A DNA stretch of 64,000 nt from Schizosaccharomyces osmophilus (GCF_027921745.1 NC_079238.1:3472001-3536000), one strand, 5' to 3'. Counted from the first letter of the stretch, positions 23,607-36,426 are shown. Notes: generated by a model from the letters alone, not told the origin. Program-made: numbers and translations.

Positions 23607-24605
23607 ATGTCCTCGAAAGGTCAGTCGACAAAATCCGGAAAACAGGGAAAACCATCGTTTTTTCGAAAGTTTTTTGGAAATTTATGCTGCTGTTTTCAAG
23701 GCGCACCAAGTGAGGATCATAATGAAAAGGTTACTACAGTTTCCAATTCTAGAAGGCCATCACAGTCGCCTACCCCCAATACGCCTCGTAGGTTAAGCCG
23801 TACGATTCAGAGCTCAGATTCGGATACGCATACGCATGGGACTGGTCAGGCACCTGTGCATGTGTTTGAATCTCCCACTCCTGCGCGTACTTCCGTATCT
23901 TTAGAATCCGCGTTTAGTCCCAGTAACGGCAGTGAAAGAGACGTTGCTGAAGATGCAGACTTAGAAAGCAACCATGTTCATTTTCATGAGCAACCCGTTG
24001 AAGTCAGTCCAACTCCTGAGATTCCTTTGCCCGAAGTTAAGCGGTATGGTCCTGGACAATATCTCCTGCCTCCAATTGCCAAAGAAGATGAAGGCAAAAA
24101 ATGCCTCATTTTAGACTTGGACGAAACCCTTGTCCATTCATCATTCAAATACATCGAGGCTGCGGATTATCTTGTTTCCATAGAGATTGACGGCTTATTT
24201 CATGATGTTAGAGTTGTGAAAAGACCGGGAGTCGACTTATTTTTACAACGAATGGGCGAAATTTATGAAATCGTTGTCTTCACTGCGTCTCTTGCCAAAT
24301 ATGCGGATCCCGTCTTAGACATGTTAGATAATTCCCAAGTTGTTCGACACAGACTTTTCCGAGAGGCTTGTTGTAACTATGAAGGAAATTTTGTTAAAGA
24401 TCTTTCTCAACTGGGCAGAAACTTGGAAGATGCGATTATTCTTGACAACTCTCCATCAAGCTACATCTTTCATCCCTCTCATGCAGTTCCTGTCTCTTCT
24501 TGGTTCAATGACATGCACGATATGGAGTTATTAGATTTAATCCCCTTTTTAGAGCAATTGTCTCGGGTTCCCGATGTTTCCACGGTACTAAACTTGCAAT
24601 TATAA
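23607..24605 (+). CDS. psr1: CTD small phosphatase (Psr1/SCP, NIF/HAD family)
   Basis: [21 protein letters not shown] motifs; N-terminal CCC palmitoylation-like cluster. Confidence 0.87.
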   Translation: MSSKGQSTKSGKQGKPSFFRKFFGNLCCCFQGAPSEDHNEKVTTVSNSRRPSQSPTPNTPRRLSRTIQSSDSDTHTHGTGQAPVHVFESPTPARTSVSLESAFSPSNGSERDVAEDADLESNHVHFHEQPVEVSPTPEIPLPEVKRYGPGQYLLPPIAKEDEGKKCLILDLDETLVHSSFKYIEAADYLVSIEIDGLFHDVRVVKRPGVDLFLQRMGEIYEIVVFTASLAKYADPVLDMLDNSQVVRHRLFREACCNYEGNFVKDLSQLGRNLEDAIILDNSPSSYIFHPSHAVPVSSWFNDMHDMELLDLIPFLEQLSRVPDVSTVLNLQL

Positions 24606-25258
24606 TTATAATAATTCTCCTATAAAACTCTGCAAGTTCTTATGATCCTTCTTTTTGTCATCCTTAATATGATGTTTTAGTTCTTATATGGACATCGTTC
24701 CAGCTGTTTTGGTGAAATTTAACTCGCAACATCCCAGCTTTTTAATCCCTTCTCTTACCATACCCAAATTGGTAATATATATATCAATTCCATAATCTTT
24801 TCCTTTACGAGATTTGCGGCCATTAATTGATTTTGTTGCCTTCCTACATTTACAATTTAACACAACTTGATGATGAAAACACACTTTGATTATTAATCTT
24901 TTCTATTTTCACGTTTACAAACAAGATGAAGGCATGCGCTATGCGACAGGTCCCAAGCCTATTTCCTGATGGTTTTTGTTCATTTAATTCATGTATCATA
25001 ATAGCATGGAAACTCAGGAAGTATAGTATAGATCGTGCAATATAATCTTTTTCTTCCGTCTTTTACATAATGACATGTACTTACGCACTAATCGCAGTAT
25101 TCATTATCTATTCAACACAGAAACGATATTATATATAGAAAAAATAAAATCCAACTAGTCAACAAAACTCAGCATGCACTTTTGGCTTTCATGAAACAAA
25201 AAAAAGTTCGTTGAAACAAAACGAGGCAAAAAAGAGAGAACATCAAACGTATTCCAAA

Positions 25259-26365
25259 TTAGAGTTTCTTTACCATTTCCTCGTAAAGCTTCTTAGCTCT
25301 AATCCAGACGGGTGCGTTATTTACGTCCTTCAAAGCAAACAAGCTTGGAAGAAGAGCCTCACTGAAAGCTTCGGAAGATTCCCTAGGAAGCAAAGTGGGA
25401 AGATGATCAATGGAGATTACCTCAAGAGGCAAAGGTCCCTCGATTCCATCAACAGGAACGGTTGGGTGATCGAATGAAGTGTTCACATTGTAGATGGGGA
25501 TGGGGTTGTTAGGATTGGTAGTATCGCAGCTAACATCGCATACTACGCGCAGCTTGCGGCCAGAGACGTTAAGAGAATCAACGGTGCAAAATTTGGGGAT
25601 GGGGGCACTGAGGTAGATACAGTTTACAAAAATGTCAGATTCAGTGATTTCACGGAAGGGACCGCCCTTCTTGGTCTCATTGATATCCCAACGAAGGATA
25701 TCCTTCTCAGGGATACCAATTTTCATGGCCAAATCGCAAGCACCGCTACCACATCGTCCGCGAGCGCCGATAACCAGGATGCGAGGATACTGGTTATTGT
25801 TCTTACGGAGAGCAAGACGAACTTGACGAGCAACATGACGAACAAGAGTCTTCTCGTTGGGGAATGGACGGACAGAACCAAAAGGCTTCTTGGGATGCAA
25901 GATTTGGTGAGCCCAGACCAAATAAGAAAGGGCAGATCCAGCAAAGCCTGCATGGTAGCCAAAAGCAGCAACACGACGGCCACTATCGTCTTGCAAAAAC
26001 TCCAAATCGTATAGGAGACCGTTGCCCTGGGGAAAACGCGACAAGACTTCCCGCCAACCTTCTTGGTTTTTATAGCAATGAGCGAATTGGATATGAGTAT
26101 GATGGAGAGGACTGTCGTCATTTTCAGGAAGCTCCTTCAAGCCGAATATATAAGCATTACTAGGTGCGTTTCTCCATGATCCTTCAGGAGCCATTTCGAA
26201 TCCTGCACGCTCAAACTCAGAATCCTTGAAAGCACGCTGAGAGGAGCGCTCAATAGTGACATGGAAGCCAGCATTCGCCAACTCCTTTGCAGTCGTAGGC
26301 GTCAAAGCGCTACGCTCTTCCAAAGGCTTACTTTCGGCGCGCAACCAAATATGAGGGCCAGACAT
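25259..26365 (-). CDS. lys3: Saccharopine dehydrogenase (NAD+, L-lysine forming)
   Basis: LRAESKPLEERSALTP, FAHCYKNQ, GARGRCGSGA, SIDHLPTLLPRESS. Confidence 0.94.
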   Translation of the reverse strand: MSGPHIWLRAESKPLEERSALTPTTAKELANAGFHVTIERSSQRAFKDSEFERAGFEMAPEGSWRNAPSNAYIFGLKELPENDDSPLHHTHIQFAHCYKNQEGWREVLSRFPQGNGLLYDLEFLQDDSGRRVAAFGYHAGFAGSALSYLVWAHQILHPKKPFGSVRPFPNEKTLVRHVARQVRLALRKNNNQYPRILVIGARGRCGSGACDLAMKIGIPEKDILRWDINETKKGGPFREITESDIFVNCIYLSAPIPKFCTVDSLNVSGRKLRVVCDVSCDTTNPNNPIPIYNVNTSFDHPTVPVDGIEGPLPLEVISIDHLPTLLPRESSEAFSEALLPSLFALKDVNNAPVWIRAKKLYEEMVKKL

Positions 26366-26631
26366 TCTTATTAAGCACCAGAAATAAAGTTCCTTCTACT
26401 GTTGCCTTACGTCCAAGAAATGAGAGACTTCAAGCTTTTGTAACCAAAAACTTATTGTCCAAGGTGGAAGAAAGATAATTAGTTTGATAAATAAATTCCT
26501 GTTATGCAAGTCCATCACCAAGATACCGTGCTTACCTTCCAGCACTCTATATGGTCCACGAAGGATTATAGAAGCTACGCGCTCCAGGCATAAAAACCTT
26601 TCATTTGTTTTAATGTTTTAGTTTTAAAAGA

Positions 26632-26970
26632 ATGGAGGAAAAAAAAGACGTACAGAATGAGCAATTGAAGGAATCCATGTACTTAAAATCGGGATATCAA
26701 GAAGAACCATGCAGTCTACAATACTACTTTGATCAAATGGCAATGTGTTTGACAGTTACTTCGCAAATTCGACACTATTACCGGTATGGAGATTACAATA
26801 AATGCAAAGGAGCATTCACAGACTTTAAGTGGTGTTTGTCTACAAAATCGAAAAGCCCAGAGGAACAGCAGAAAATGTTGCAACAACGTCGACTGGATCA
26901 ATGGGTGGAATTACGAGAAGGACCAAACAGTGAAGATATTTGGAACGTGCGGACCCAACCAAAAGATTAG
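26632..26970 (+). CDS. Small twin-Cys protein, Emi1/DUF3128 family
   Basis: CS...FD..AMC....QIRHYYRYG...C...DFKWCL...SEDIW pattern typical of DUF3128. Confidence 0.75.
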   Translation: MEEKKDVQNEQLKESMYLKSGYQEEPCSLQYYFDQMAMCLTVTSQIRHYYRYGDYNKCKGAFTDFKWCLSTKSKSPEEQQKMLQQRRLDQWVELREGPNSEDIWNVRTQPKD

Positions 26971-28182
26971 CTGTTTTTACAAAACGTTGGGATGCGCATT
27001 CAAAGCAACTTGTTTTAGTATATGGTTTAGGTGTAAACTACCAGAGCGTGGACAATTCGTGTCTAGACGTGATTTCTTTGGATCCGTCTCTCTGGGTGTC
27101 CTTCCAAGGCAATTTCTAAACAGTCAAAATTGATGTGGAGAGTTGCATGGATCAAGAGGAGAAAGAATATGATAAACGGTGATTCATACGAGCTAAAGAT
27201 TTAGGAAGGATTCTATGAAAAGATTTCTTCTTATAATAAGAATGATTTCATGATTTTAACCGATCATGTGCGTGTATGTGTCCTATTAAATGGGATCAAG
27301 ATTCAAACAAACATTTCACCTGAGGTAAATCAAATAAGCAAAGAATGTCTCGTCTCGCGTAAAAGGAATCAGAGAGAAGATTAGCAATTGATCAAATGAT
27401 TTCAGCAACCGACCAAAATGTCTGGGTTATGTAAGTAAATTAAACTCGTCATCATTTTCCAGTGTGCGTTCTTGAGACTTGGCTACTGTTGGATAAATAA
27501 ACATTTTCTGTTATTGTTTCAGCACATCTTGTTTCACTTCCACTTTCATATAGACTTGAACGTTCGAAAGGAAAGGGAAATCAGAGCAGCCCCTTTACAA
27601 CTGGACTGCACCTTGACATGCATCTTGCGAAGCGTGCAAATGCCTCACAGTACTATGTGCAAGTCCGTTTCTCCTTTTAAACAAACAAACTCAAACTCAT
27701 GATCAAGAATCCATGGCTAACCATCCATGATGTGAAGCTTTACGCTTGCATATCCATAGTTTCTTACTTACTTATTAGAATGAGGAATTAGTCGTTTTTA
27801 AAGATCCTTGACGCTAAAAATTCACACTTTTTATTAACATTTTTTATTTGCTATGGTGGTAGAGATTCGGTGAAAGGATACGTTGTAGGTCATACCGTGC
27901 TTTCATTTGGAAGGAACTCACAACTAGCAAGTTGCAATTGCACTGTCAAGAAGAGATTTAAACCATTTGAATTCTGAACTTATAAAAGGGAAGAACTTAC
28001 TTTTACTTAATTATTCTCAAACCACCGGACTTCAGCTAGGATCGCGTATCAGGAACTTCCATCATTGAAAGTGTGTATTGTCTTGATAAACAAGAAGGAA
28101 ATCCCCTTTTTTTCATAATAAGTTTGCTAAAGCTTGTTTTCCTTTTTAATAAACTGAAGGCGAAAGCGACGAATTGAATGCT

Positions 28183-29388
28183 ATGAACTTCGACGAGTGG
28201 CAGCGAGTGGAGGAAACAGCAATTGGAGACAAATGTCTTCAGAAATTGGATGAATTAGAAACAATTTTATTAGCTACCAAGGATGCATGTATTAGAGACC
28301 CTGGAAATGTGTCGAAACAACTCACGGGTTCTTGTACAAAAACAGAGCAAGTTTTTGATGATATGAAGAAGATGGAAAAAAGATTCAACTCTTCTATGAA
28401 TAAATTTGGAAAAGCTTTAGATCGGAAATTCAATTTTAACCTAGAAGATATCAGCTTACATTCTTCGTTTGAAGACAAGAAGAATGAGCTAAACACTGCA
28501 TTGGCCTTGCATTTTTTTCGTCAGGGAGAGACTGAAATTGCTCATTCTTTTTGCAAAGAAGCCGGCATCGAGGAGCCGCCCAACATGGTCCAGGCATTTA
28601 CACTTCTCAACACAATTCTTCAAGGAATCCGTCAGCATGATTTACAATTTGCAATCGACTGGGCGCTTCAATGCCGCGGATATTTGGAAAGGAAAGGAAG
28701 TAATTTGGAGTTTCTTTTACATCGACACCAGTTACTGAATGAGTATTTTCAGACACAAGATGTTTTAGCCGCTATCCATTATTGTCGTACGTATTTGACG
28801 GACTTCCAAGACAAGCACTTGAAAGAGATGCAAAAGTTAATCGGTGCTTTGTTCTTTAGTTCTAGAAGTGCTAGTGTCGTTTCTTCCAAAATGAATGGAT
28901 CCCACAAAGGTCGTTCCGAACAACATGAAATAAACCAACTTGCAAATGATATTCCAGAGGACTATCGAAAAGTTTTACGTCTGGACTGGAAGCACTTAGA
29001 GTTAATTTTTGTGCGTGAATTTTGTGCTGCTTTAGGCATGTCTCTAGACTCCCCTGTGGATATTGTAGTAAATGCCGGCTCAATTGCTCTGCCGGTTTTA
29101 TTAAAGGTGTCCAATATCATGAAGCAAAAGCATACTGAATGGACTTCTCAAAATGAATTACCAGTGGAAATTCATTTACCCACAAATTACCACTTTCACA
29201 GCGTTTTTACGTGTCCCGTCAGTAAAGAACAAGCTACCGAAGAGAATCCTCCCATGATGATGTCTTGCGGCCATGTCATTGCCCAAGAAAGTCTACGACA
29301 ACTGTCCCGAAATGGCTCTCAACATTTTAAATGCCCCTACTGTCCAAATGAAAATGATGCTGAAAGCTCTACTCGGGTTTATTTTTAA
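28183..29388 (+). CDS. rmd5: GID/CTLH complex RING E3 subunit (Rmd5/Gid2)
   Basis: LisH/CTLH-like helices, [35 protein letters not shown]. Confidence 0.88.
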   Translation: MNFDEWQRVEETAIGDKCLQKLDELETILLATKDACIRDPGNVSKQLTGSCTKTEQVFDDMKKMEKRFNSSMNKFGKALDRKFNFNLEDISLHSSFEDKKNELNTALALHFFRQGETEIAHSFCKEAGIEEPPNMVQAFTLLNTILQGIRQHDLQFAIDWALQCRGYLERKGSNLEFLLHRHQLLNEYFQTQDVLAAIHYCRTYLTDFQDKHLKEMQKLIGALFFSSRSASVVSSKMNGSHKGRSEQHEINQLANDIPEDYRKVLRLDWKHLELIFVREFCAALGMSLDSPVDIVVNAGSIALPVLLKVSNIMKQKHTEWTSQNELPVEIHLPTNYHFHSVFTCPVSKEQATEENPPMMMSCGHVIAQESLRQLSRNGSQHFKCPYCPNENDAESSTRVYF

Positions 29389-29655
29389 TGAATTCTCTAA
29401 TTTGATCGCTACGATTTGTTTTCTTAAGAAAACTTAATATTATGATATAACTATAAACAGAAATAACAAAGAAAGACTCGCAGACCTGAATCTCATGTTT
29501 GATCTATTGATTTTATGCCTTTTCGCGAATATTTTCATGTTACTTTTGTCGGGCCTGTTACTCGGGTGACGTTATTTTTAAAGTGTATGTCCCTCGCAAA
29601 ATTTGATGGAAACCTATTTTTTTCGCAACTAGACGTTTCTCTTGTTTTTGGAAGA

Positions 29656-30906
29656 ATGGCGGTACTACCATTTTTTGATTTATCGAAATTTGAAGGTAAT
29701 GGATTCAAGACCCTAGAGTGGCTTCAATACGTGGGTTGTTTGGAAACTCGGGTGTTCCCTGAACACTTTGAAAAATCTTTAGAAAAGGTAAAAAAGATTT
29801 CAGAGTCCGTCGATTTGATCGTCGATACGACAACCGGATTGTCCATTGAAGAATGCGTTAAGATATTGAACGCCGGTGCTCTGGCTATTTTGGTAGATGA
29901 AGAAGTTTTGCAAGAACTGTCTGATATTTCTCCTAGTCGTCTCATTTTTAAGACAAACACCACCGACATAAAAAAGATTGAAGAGCTTTGTAAATTTGCT
30001 GGCTCTTTTCAATGGATTGCGAAAACGCAAGACTATCCTCCCGAGTTTTTTGAAAAAGCTAGTAAGCTGATCCGTAAGTCGGTCTTACCGGCTGGTGGAA
30101 ACCGCATGCTTTACTTAGAATTCCCTGTTAAACCTTCTGTGGAGACGTTAGCCTCTATCTCTTTGCATTCCGTCGTTCCAGTTGTCACCAGTGAGTATCT
30201 CACCGTTAACAGCGAAGCTGAACCAGACAAATTGCATCTTTCTGATATGGTTATGATTGACGCCAAGACCGATCGAAAGGATGGCTTGTATTCCACTTTG
30301 GTTGTAAATGAGCTTGGTGTTGCTCTTGGTCTCGTTTACTCGAGCAAAGAAAGCGTCGCCGAGTCTTTGAAGACAGGTACTGGTGTTTACCAATCCCGTA
30401 AGCGTGGCTTGTGGTACAAAGGAGCAACTTCTGGTGCTGTTCAAAAATTGTTGCGCATTGATTTGGACTGTGATGGAGACTGCTTGCGTTTCATCGTCCA
30501 TCAAACCGGAAAAGGATTCTGTCACCTCGATACTTTGCACTGTTTTGGCCATGCTTCTGGTTTGCCTCAGTTGGAATCCGTTTTGACAGATAGAAAAGAG
30601 AATGCTCCCGAGGGCTCTTATACCGCTCGTCTCTTTTCTGATCCAAAACTTTTGCGCGCTAAAATTATGGAAGAAGCTGAAGAACTTTGTGATGCCAAGA
30701 CCAAAGATGAAGTTACATGGGAGATGGCTGATTTACTTTACTTTGCCATAACTCGTTGCGTCGGCTCTGGTGTTACTTTAGAAGACATTAGCCGCCATTT
30801 GGACTTAAAGCATCGTAAAGTCACTAGAAGAAAAGGTGATGCCAAAAAGGCTTGGGAGGAAAAGTTGAAAGACAAGGGAGGAGTTGCCAATACTGAGTCC
30901 TCATGA
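29656..30906 (+). CDS. his7: Phosphoribosyl-AMP cyclohydrolase / phosphoribosyl-ATP pyrophosphatase (HisIE-like, no histidinol dehydrogenase domain)
   Basis: SRKRGLWYKGATSG, DCDGDC, FCH..C, GSYTARL, KIMEEAEEL, EMADL; likely start MAVLPF at 29656. Confidence 0.9.
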   Translation: MAVLPFFDLSKFEGNGFKTLEWLQYVGCLETRVFPEHFEKSLEKVKKISESVDLIVDTTTGLSIEECVKILNAGALAILVDEEVLQELSDISPSRLIFKTNTTDIKKIEELCKFAGSFQWIAKTQDYPPEFFEKASKLIRKSVLPAGGNRMLYLEFPVKPSVETLASISLHSVVPVVTSEYLTVNSEAEPDKLHLSDMVMIDAKTDRKDGLYSTLVVNELGVALGLVYSSKESVAESLKTGTGVYQSRKRGLWYKGATSGAVQKLLRIDLDCDGDCLRFIVHQTGKGFCHLDTLHCFGHASGLPQLESVLTDRKENAPEGSYTARLFSDPKLLRAKIMEEAEELCDAKTKDEVTWEMADLLYFAITRCVGSGVTLEDISRHLDLKHRKVTRRKGDAKKAWEEKLKDKGGVANTESS

Positions 30907-31191
30907 TTTTTATTGAGATTACGTTTTCACTTGGTATGAAAAAAAAAAGCAGAAAAAAAAACAAGCAAATAGACCGCTATCTTAATGTCCTTTAGTCAAT
31001 TGCATATATTCAACCGCATGATATTACAACACAATCTTATTTCCTTTTTACGTTGAATTTCTATAAAATTAGTCTTTCCATAATTAACCAAAAAAGTAAC
31101 AAAATAATTCATATTAATTGTTCTTAAATAAAACATTCAAACAGAACGGTAAAGGCTTGCTTACAGTCCAGAAGAGTAAAAGTTCGCATAA

Positions 31192-33909
31192 TTATACTTG
31201 GTTGTCAACCCGCTGATAACTATTTTGCGTAGAACCCCATTTTAATTTACTGCGTAAAGAAACCCATAACTTTCGAAGCTTTTGCTTAAAAGAGTCCTTT
31301 TCAAAATCGGATGTCTCATCAATAGAATTATATTGTGCAGGCCTTTTCCATCTCTTCAGCAGTAGACTGCTAAGCGTTACACTAAGGCTAGAAAACATCA
31401 TTGCTGCACTTGCCCACATTGGATTTAAATATACATTCCACGGTAAAAGAAAGCCCATAGCTATAGGAATCATGCAAAGATTGTAAGTGCATGCCCATAC
31501 TAAATTATAACGTATTCTTCTAACAATCACTTTAGCAAGATCAAATGCAACAGCAACGTCAATTAAAATGCCTTTGCGAACAAGAACAACATCGGCGCTC
31601 TCCAAAGCAATTCCAGATCCACTGCTAGGCGCGATACCGACATCAGCTAGAGCCAACGAAGGAGAATCATTAATACCATCTCCTACCATTGCTACGCAAT
31701 GTCCTTCATCCTTCTTCTGTTGAACAATAGCTGTTTTCGTGGTTGGAACTGCCTCTGCATAAACGTCTGAGGCCAAAATACCAACATCATAGGCAACTCT
31801 TCGAGCGGTAGGAAGCTGATCACCAGTAAGTAAAATTACGTTCTTCTTCATCATTTTTAATGCTGACACGCAGCGCACGGCATCCGGGCGCAATTCATCC
31901 ATACATCCCAAAAAGCCCATAAATTCATTATCAATAGAAATTTGAACACATGTTAATCCATCGTTAGATGCAAAACCCACTTTATGCTCAACTTCAAGGG
32001 GAGTATGAATCTGGTTTTCTTTTAACAGCAGTGAATTGCCCAGTAATAAAGTGAAAAGACGATCTTCATATAAAACTTCTGCCTTGGCTCCTTGGCCCGG
32101 GATTGCAACAAAAGATTTCAGTTCCATTGGATAAGTATTTTTAAGACTTCGAATTTTTTCAGTAATCGCTTTGCCGATGGGATGCTCACTAGCAAGTTCC
32201 GCCGTATATACTAATCCCCAAATCTTATCGACAGAAATATTTAATTTCCTTGAATTTTCCTCAACAACTTCCATTTGGTTAACTGTTAATTCACCACGGG
32301 TGAGAGTTCCCGTTTTGTCAAACACTACGGTATCAACTTTGTTCAACGCTTCTAAAATATCACCCCCTTTTACGATTATTCCATTTAAAGCGCCAACGCC
32401 AGTTCCAACCATAACTGCAGTGGGTGTGCTTAAGCCCAATGCACAAGGACAAGCTACTACAATTACACTAATAGTTAACTTCAAACAAACGGAAAATTTT
32501 CCGATGCTATCATTAAAAATTGGAGGATATGTGGTTGAAAAACTGACGAATAGGTACCAAAACACAAACGTCGACAGCCCCAAACTTATGATTATAGGAA
32601 TAAATATACCGGCAACCTTATCCGCGAACTCCTGGATAGGCGCCTTGGATGTTTGAGCCTTCTGAACCAAATCCACGATGACCGCTAATTGCGATTCGCG
32701 AGGGGACTTTGAAGCTTTGAGAAGTATACGACCATTTCCGTTTACAGTACCGCTTAGAACCGAGTCATCCTTTTTTTTATAAAGAGGCACAGGTTCACCT
32801 GAAACAGAACTCTCATCTATATACGAGGATCCTTCAATAATTATACCATCGACAGAAATGCGATCACCTGGTCGAATCAAAACTGTATCACCGGGCTGTA
32901 CCAAATCAGTTTCTACGTCAATCTGTTCATCATCTTCAATAATAGTCGTATTTGAAGGGGCAAGATTAAGAAGCTGGGAGAGAGCAGCAGATGTAGAGCC
33001 TTTTGCTTTACTTTCCAGGTATCTTCCCAGGGTTACAAAAGACAGAAGCATGTCGGAGGTATCAAAAAAGATGGGAGCTGTTCTATACGAATCAGAATGG
33101 TGAGCTTTATACAGTAGCATAAAATAAACGCTAGCTAAGAAAGCCGTAGTAGAGCCCAAGCAAACTAAAACATCCATGTTTGCAGTACCGCGTTTTAACG
33201 AACGGAATGCGGTTTTATAATACACTCTTCCGACACCGAATTGTACTGGAATAGATAGCAATAGAGTAACCAAGTCAGAAGCACAGATGCCAAATAAATG
33301 AGGCACAAGGAAGACGTTACGCATACTTTCACAAGAATCGAAAACTTTAGGAAGCAACATAACAAAAGAAGAGAAAATAATACACACAATAAAGCGAGAC
33401 CTCCACACCTTTGCTTGATCCAACCGCTGAAATGAGTGAAGCCTGGAGGACATGGAATCTACGGATTTGTACGTGCATGTGACATCCATAGATTGTAATT
33501 CTTTCAAAATCGTTCTAGGGCCAGTAATTTCGGAATCGTAACTGACGTGAATGACAGCATCCGGCTGGGTTTGTTGACGGACACACAAAACACCCTGTAT
33601 GTCGTTCACTTGGCTTTGGACCTTTTCTAGCAATTCCTGATTTAGCGGAGATAAAAGATAATACAAAGCAGTCTCTCCATGTTCCCCTTCCGACGTAGAG
33701 ATGATTGAAGCGTCAAACCCACAGTCTTCGATTCTCTCTTTGATGTCTTCGGGAGAAATTGTGCTCATATCGTAGACAGCAACGGCTCGTTCCAACAACA
33801 ATGACACAGTAAATTGCTGCATACCCTCGACGGATTTCAACATTGCTTGAATCGAAGCAACGCAGCTAGTGCAAGTCATACCTTGCACGTTGAGAATTGT
33901 AGTAACCAT
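31192..33909 (-). CDS. ccc2: Copper-transporting P1B-type ATPase
   Basis: HMA GMTCTSC, SGE actuator, CPC, DKTGTLT, SEHP, GDGINDSP. Confidence 0.95.
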   Translation of the reverse strand: MVTTILNVQGMTCTSCVASIQAMLKSVEGMQQFTVSLLLERAVAVYDMSTISPEDIKERIEDCGFDASIISTSEGEHGETALYYLLSPLNQELLEKVQSQVNDIQGVLCVRQQTQPDAVIHVSYDSEITGPRTILKELQSMDVTCTYKSVDSMSSRLHSFQRLDQAKVWRSRFIVCIIFSSFVMLLPKVFDSCESMRNVFLVPHLFGICASDLVTLLLSIPVQFGVGRVYYKTAFRSLKRGTANMDVLVCLGSTTAFLASVYFMLLYKAHHSDSYRTAPIFFDTSDMLLSFVTLGRYLESKAKGSTSAALSQLLNLAPSNTTIIEDDEQIDVETDLVQPGDTVLIRPGDRISVDGIIIEGSSYIDESSVSGEPVPLYKKKDDSVLSGTVNGNGRILLKASKSPRESQLAVIVDLVQKAQTSKAPIQEFADKVAGIFIPIIISLGLSTFVFWYLFVSFSTTYPPIFNDSIGKFSVCLKLTISVIVVACPCALGLSTPTAVMVGTGVGALNGIIVKGGDILEALNKVDTVVFDKTGTLTRGELTVNQMEVVEENSRKLNISVDKIWGLVYTAELASEHPIGKAITEKIRSLKNTYPMELKSFVAIPGQGAKAEVLYEDRLFTLLLGNSLLLKENQIHTPLEVEHKVGFASNDGLTCVQISIDNEFMGFLGCMDELRPDAVRCVSALKMMKKNVILLTGDQLPTARRVAYDVGILASDVYAEAVPTTKTAIVQQKKDEGHCVAMVGDGINDSPSLALADVGIAPSSGSGIALESADVVLVRKGILIDVAVAFDLAKVIVRRIRYNLVWACTYNLCMIPIAMGFLLPWNVYLNPMWASAAMMFSSLSVTLSSLLLKRWKRPAQYNSIDETSDFEKDSFKQKLRKLWVSLRSKLKWGSTQNSYQRVDNQV

Positions 33910-35188
33910 AATTAGAGTTAACTAGTCGTTGCAAATGAATTCAGATTAACAGTGTGGTATAAGAACGTAGAGAAAGAATTCAGATGAACCGAAAGAAAAA
34001 TAAAAGCTTACTCCGAAAAGCAAAGCTGTCAGAAGCTTAAAAGTAAAAGAAAGACGGGTCAATAAATAGAATCCAACAACAGACTATGAAAGAATGAACA
34101 AAATAAACTGTATTGTCTAGGAGAAGGAAAGATTTCAACCAAAAAGTAATGGATGCTCCTAGGAAAACGTATGAACAAGAAGAATGAGAAAGAGCAAGAG
34201 TTATAATTGCTTTAGCAAACGCTTACTCAAAGTTGTGCAAAGAAAACGTCTCCCGTGGTTCTCCAACCCGAATGAACGAACGAGCGACCAGGCCGGTGAA
34301 TTGTCTGGGAAAAAGGATAGACAAATCGCAAGCGCTTTTAAAAAATAAACAAGAAAAGGAGAGAAAAGTGGGAAAAAAAACTGAAAATTGGAAGAGTTTT
34401 GATTTCAAGGTGTAGCTGTACGAGGATCAGATAAATGCGGTGAAGAAGTTAAAATACTCTTACCCGAGAAGTCATCTATAGATACGAACGAAACTTATAC
34501 ATTAATTTGAATAGGAAAAAAATAGAGAGATGGATTGATACATTTAATTTGAATTTTCTATGTATCTACAAATTTCAATCGCTTAGTCAATCCCAGTGGT
34601 CTCAATCAAAAGTTTTCATTTCTGAATTGCGGTTCTTGTTTCTTTATAAAAAGGTCGTTGGGCTGGCGTATCTCGTATAGGAATCGATACGATCAAATTC
34701 AGAATCAAGTATTACAATAATGCAGGAAGTTGCTGTAAAGAAAAAATGAATGAGCAAAACAGAAATAGGAATGATGTCGTTTAAGAAACAATCGTAAACG
34801 AAGAAATGGACCAGCAGTGTGTTATTAAAGGGAAAAACATAGATAGACAGAAGAAGCGAGGTTGGCAGAAAATCTATATGTTGCAGTAGAAGAAAAGTCG
34901 AAAGCGTGTTTGAAAGCTGAATGTACATCAGGAAACGATTTAAATGGAGGGAAACATGCAAACCACTTGTATGTGCAAAGAAAATCAAAATCAAAAGAGA
35001 AGAGCGACAAGGTGAGAATTGACATTTTAGACAATCAGAAAAAAAAATGGTTGAGAAACGTAAAACTTTTCATTGAGGGGGGAAATTGAGAAACCTTTGA
35101 TTATTATACTAGATATAAGGCAAATCAGGACTCCTATGGGAGGAATTTACCAAGAAGGGCACATGAGAACGAAAAAAAGCTATATAGA

Positions 35189-35668
35189 TCATGCCTTCCA
35201 AAGCTTCTTAATGCCCTCTGTCAAGCCGATATCGTTTGTGTTGAATTCATAAACGCCAATAAAAGTGAGGACTGTGAAGCCACGAAGAATCCAGTGCACG
35301 AGAGGGCCAATTCGACGGAATCTGCGCTTAGGGAAATAGTCAATAACACATGATTCAAATCCCAAATGAGCATGCGTAATCATAGTGCAAGCAAGGGCAG
35401 CATCCAAAATGGGATGAGATGTACCAGCGAAAAGTGGCATCACGACTTGAGGGACCATGCCAATTGCGACGATACGTTCAAAATTCCAATGGTAGCTTCC
35501 GTGAAACTTACTAGGAGGGGGAAATACAGTAGCATCGTTGACGGTACCTTTGATGGATTGAGGAGGAGGAGGGAAGATTTGTCGGACGGAACTAGAAGTA
35601 AAGGGTCTTGCAGCAAAGAGAACAGAGCTTTGACGAAGAGCACCAAATCCAAGACGTGTCTGCAACAT
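35189..35668 (-). CDS. sdh4: Succinate dehydrogenase small membrane anchor (Sdh4/Tim18)
   Basis: HGSYHWNFER, H..GFESCVIDY, mitochondrial presequence. Confidence 0.9.
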   Translation of the reverse strand: MLQTRLGFGALRQSSVLFAARPFTSSSVRQIFPPPPQSIKGTVNDATVFPPPSKFHGSYHWNFERIVAIGMVPQVVMPLFAGTSHPILDAALACTMITHAHLGFESCVIDYFPKRRFRRIGPLVHWILRGFTVLTFIGVYEFNTNDIGLTEGIKKLWKA

Positions 35669-36426
35669 ATTTCAACTTCCAAAATGGTAAAAGACACCTG
35701 GTACAGTATAGGCAGTCGTTGAGTTTATATTGGCGGAATCCCGTCCTACACCATTGGTGGATATGACACTAAGCGTGAGCGCTAACGATACCATACTATA
35801 CCATACGGCAGTCTATAGACGGATACCGAATTAGAACGAGCTATAGTGATATTTACTGATATCATAAAAGGAAATAAATAAATAAAAGCAGGTAATTAAT
35901 GAAAAAATAAAATAAAATAGAAACGAAAGGAAAGGAAAGGAAATACGGCAAGAACTGCTTTTAAGAGGCAAAATAGAAAAAAATCACTTCTATAGAATTG
36001 CTGTACGTTTCTATTGCGTTACGATGTTCATATTTATTTTGCTTGTCATTATTCACAAAACAAGGAAAAAATCGTAATCGTCGCTACATACATAGACCAT
36101 GCCTTTTGCATTCTATAAAATTCATCAAATAGTATACAAAAACACAACCATCCTTCACCATTGTGCCTGCATTATCCAAAATGCAAAATGCTTAATAAAA
36201 GATTATTCTTTTAAAAAATAATAGCATATGGTTGTAATTCATTAGTAATATTCGACCCAATCGAGATTCGAACCTTGGATTTCTACCGAACCTCATTGGT
36301 AAGAAACGCTAGCAGGACTTTGTGTGGACGGCTTCGGGACGTCGTTACTTGTACTTATCCTTTCCCATCCACATTGAAAACCACCCACCTCTTTCGTTTG
36401 GATTTGTTTGACCATTATCACTTAGG

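Noticed and set aside
29515..29655. 47-aa N-terminal extension of His7
   Set aside because: Looks like open promoter sequence; conserved-looking protein starts at MAVLPF
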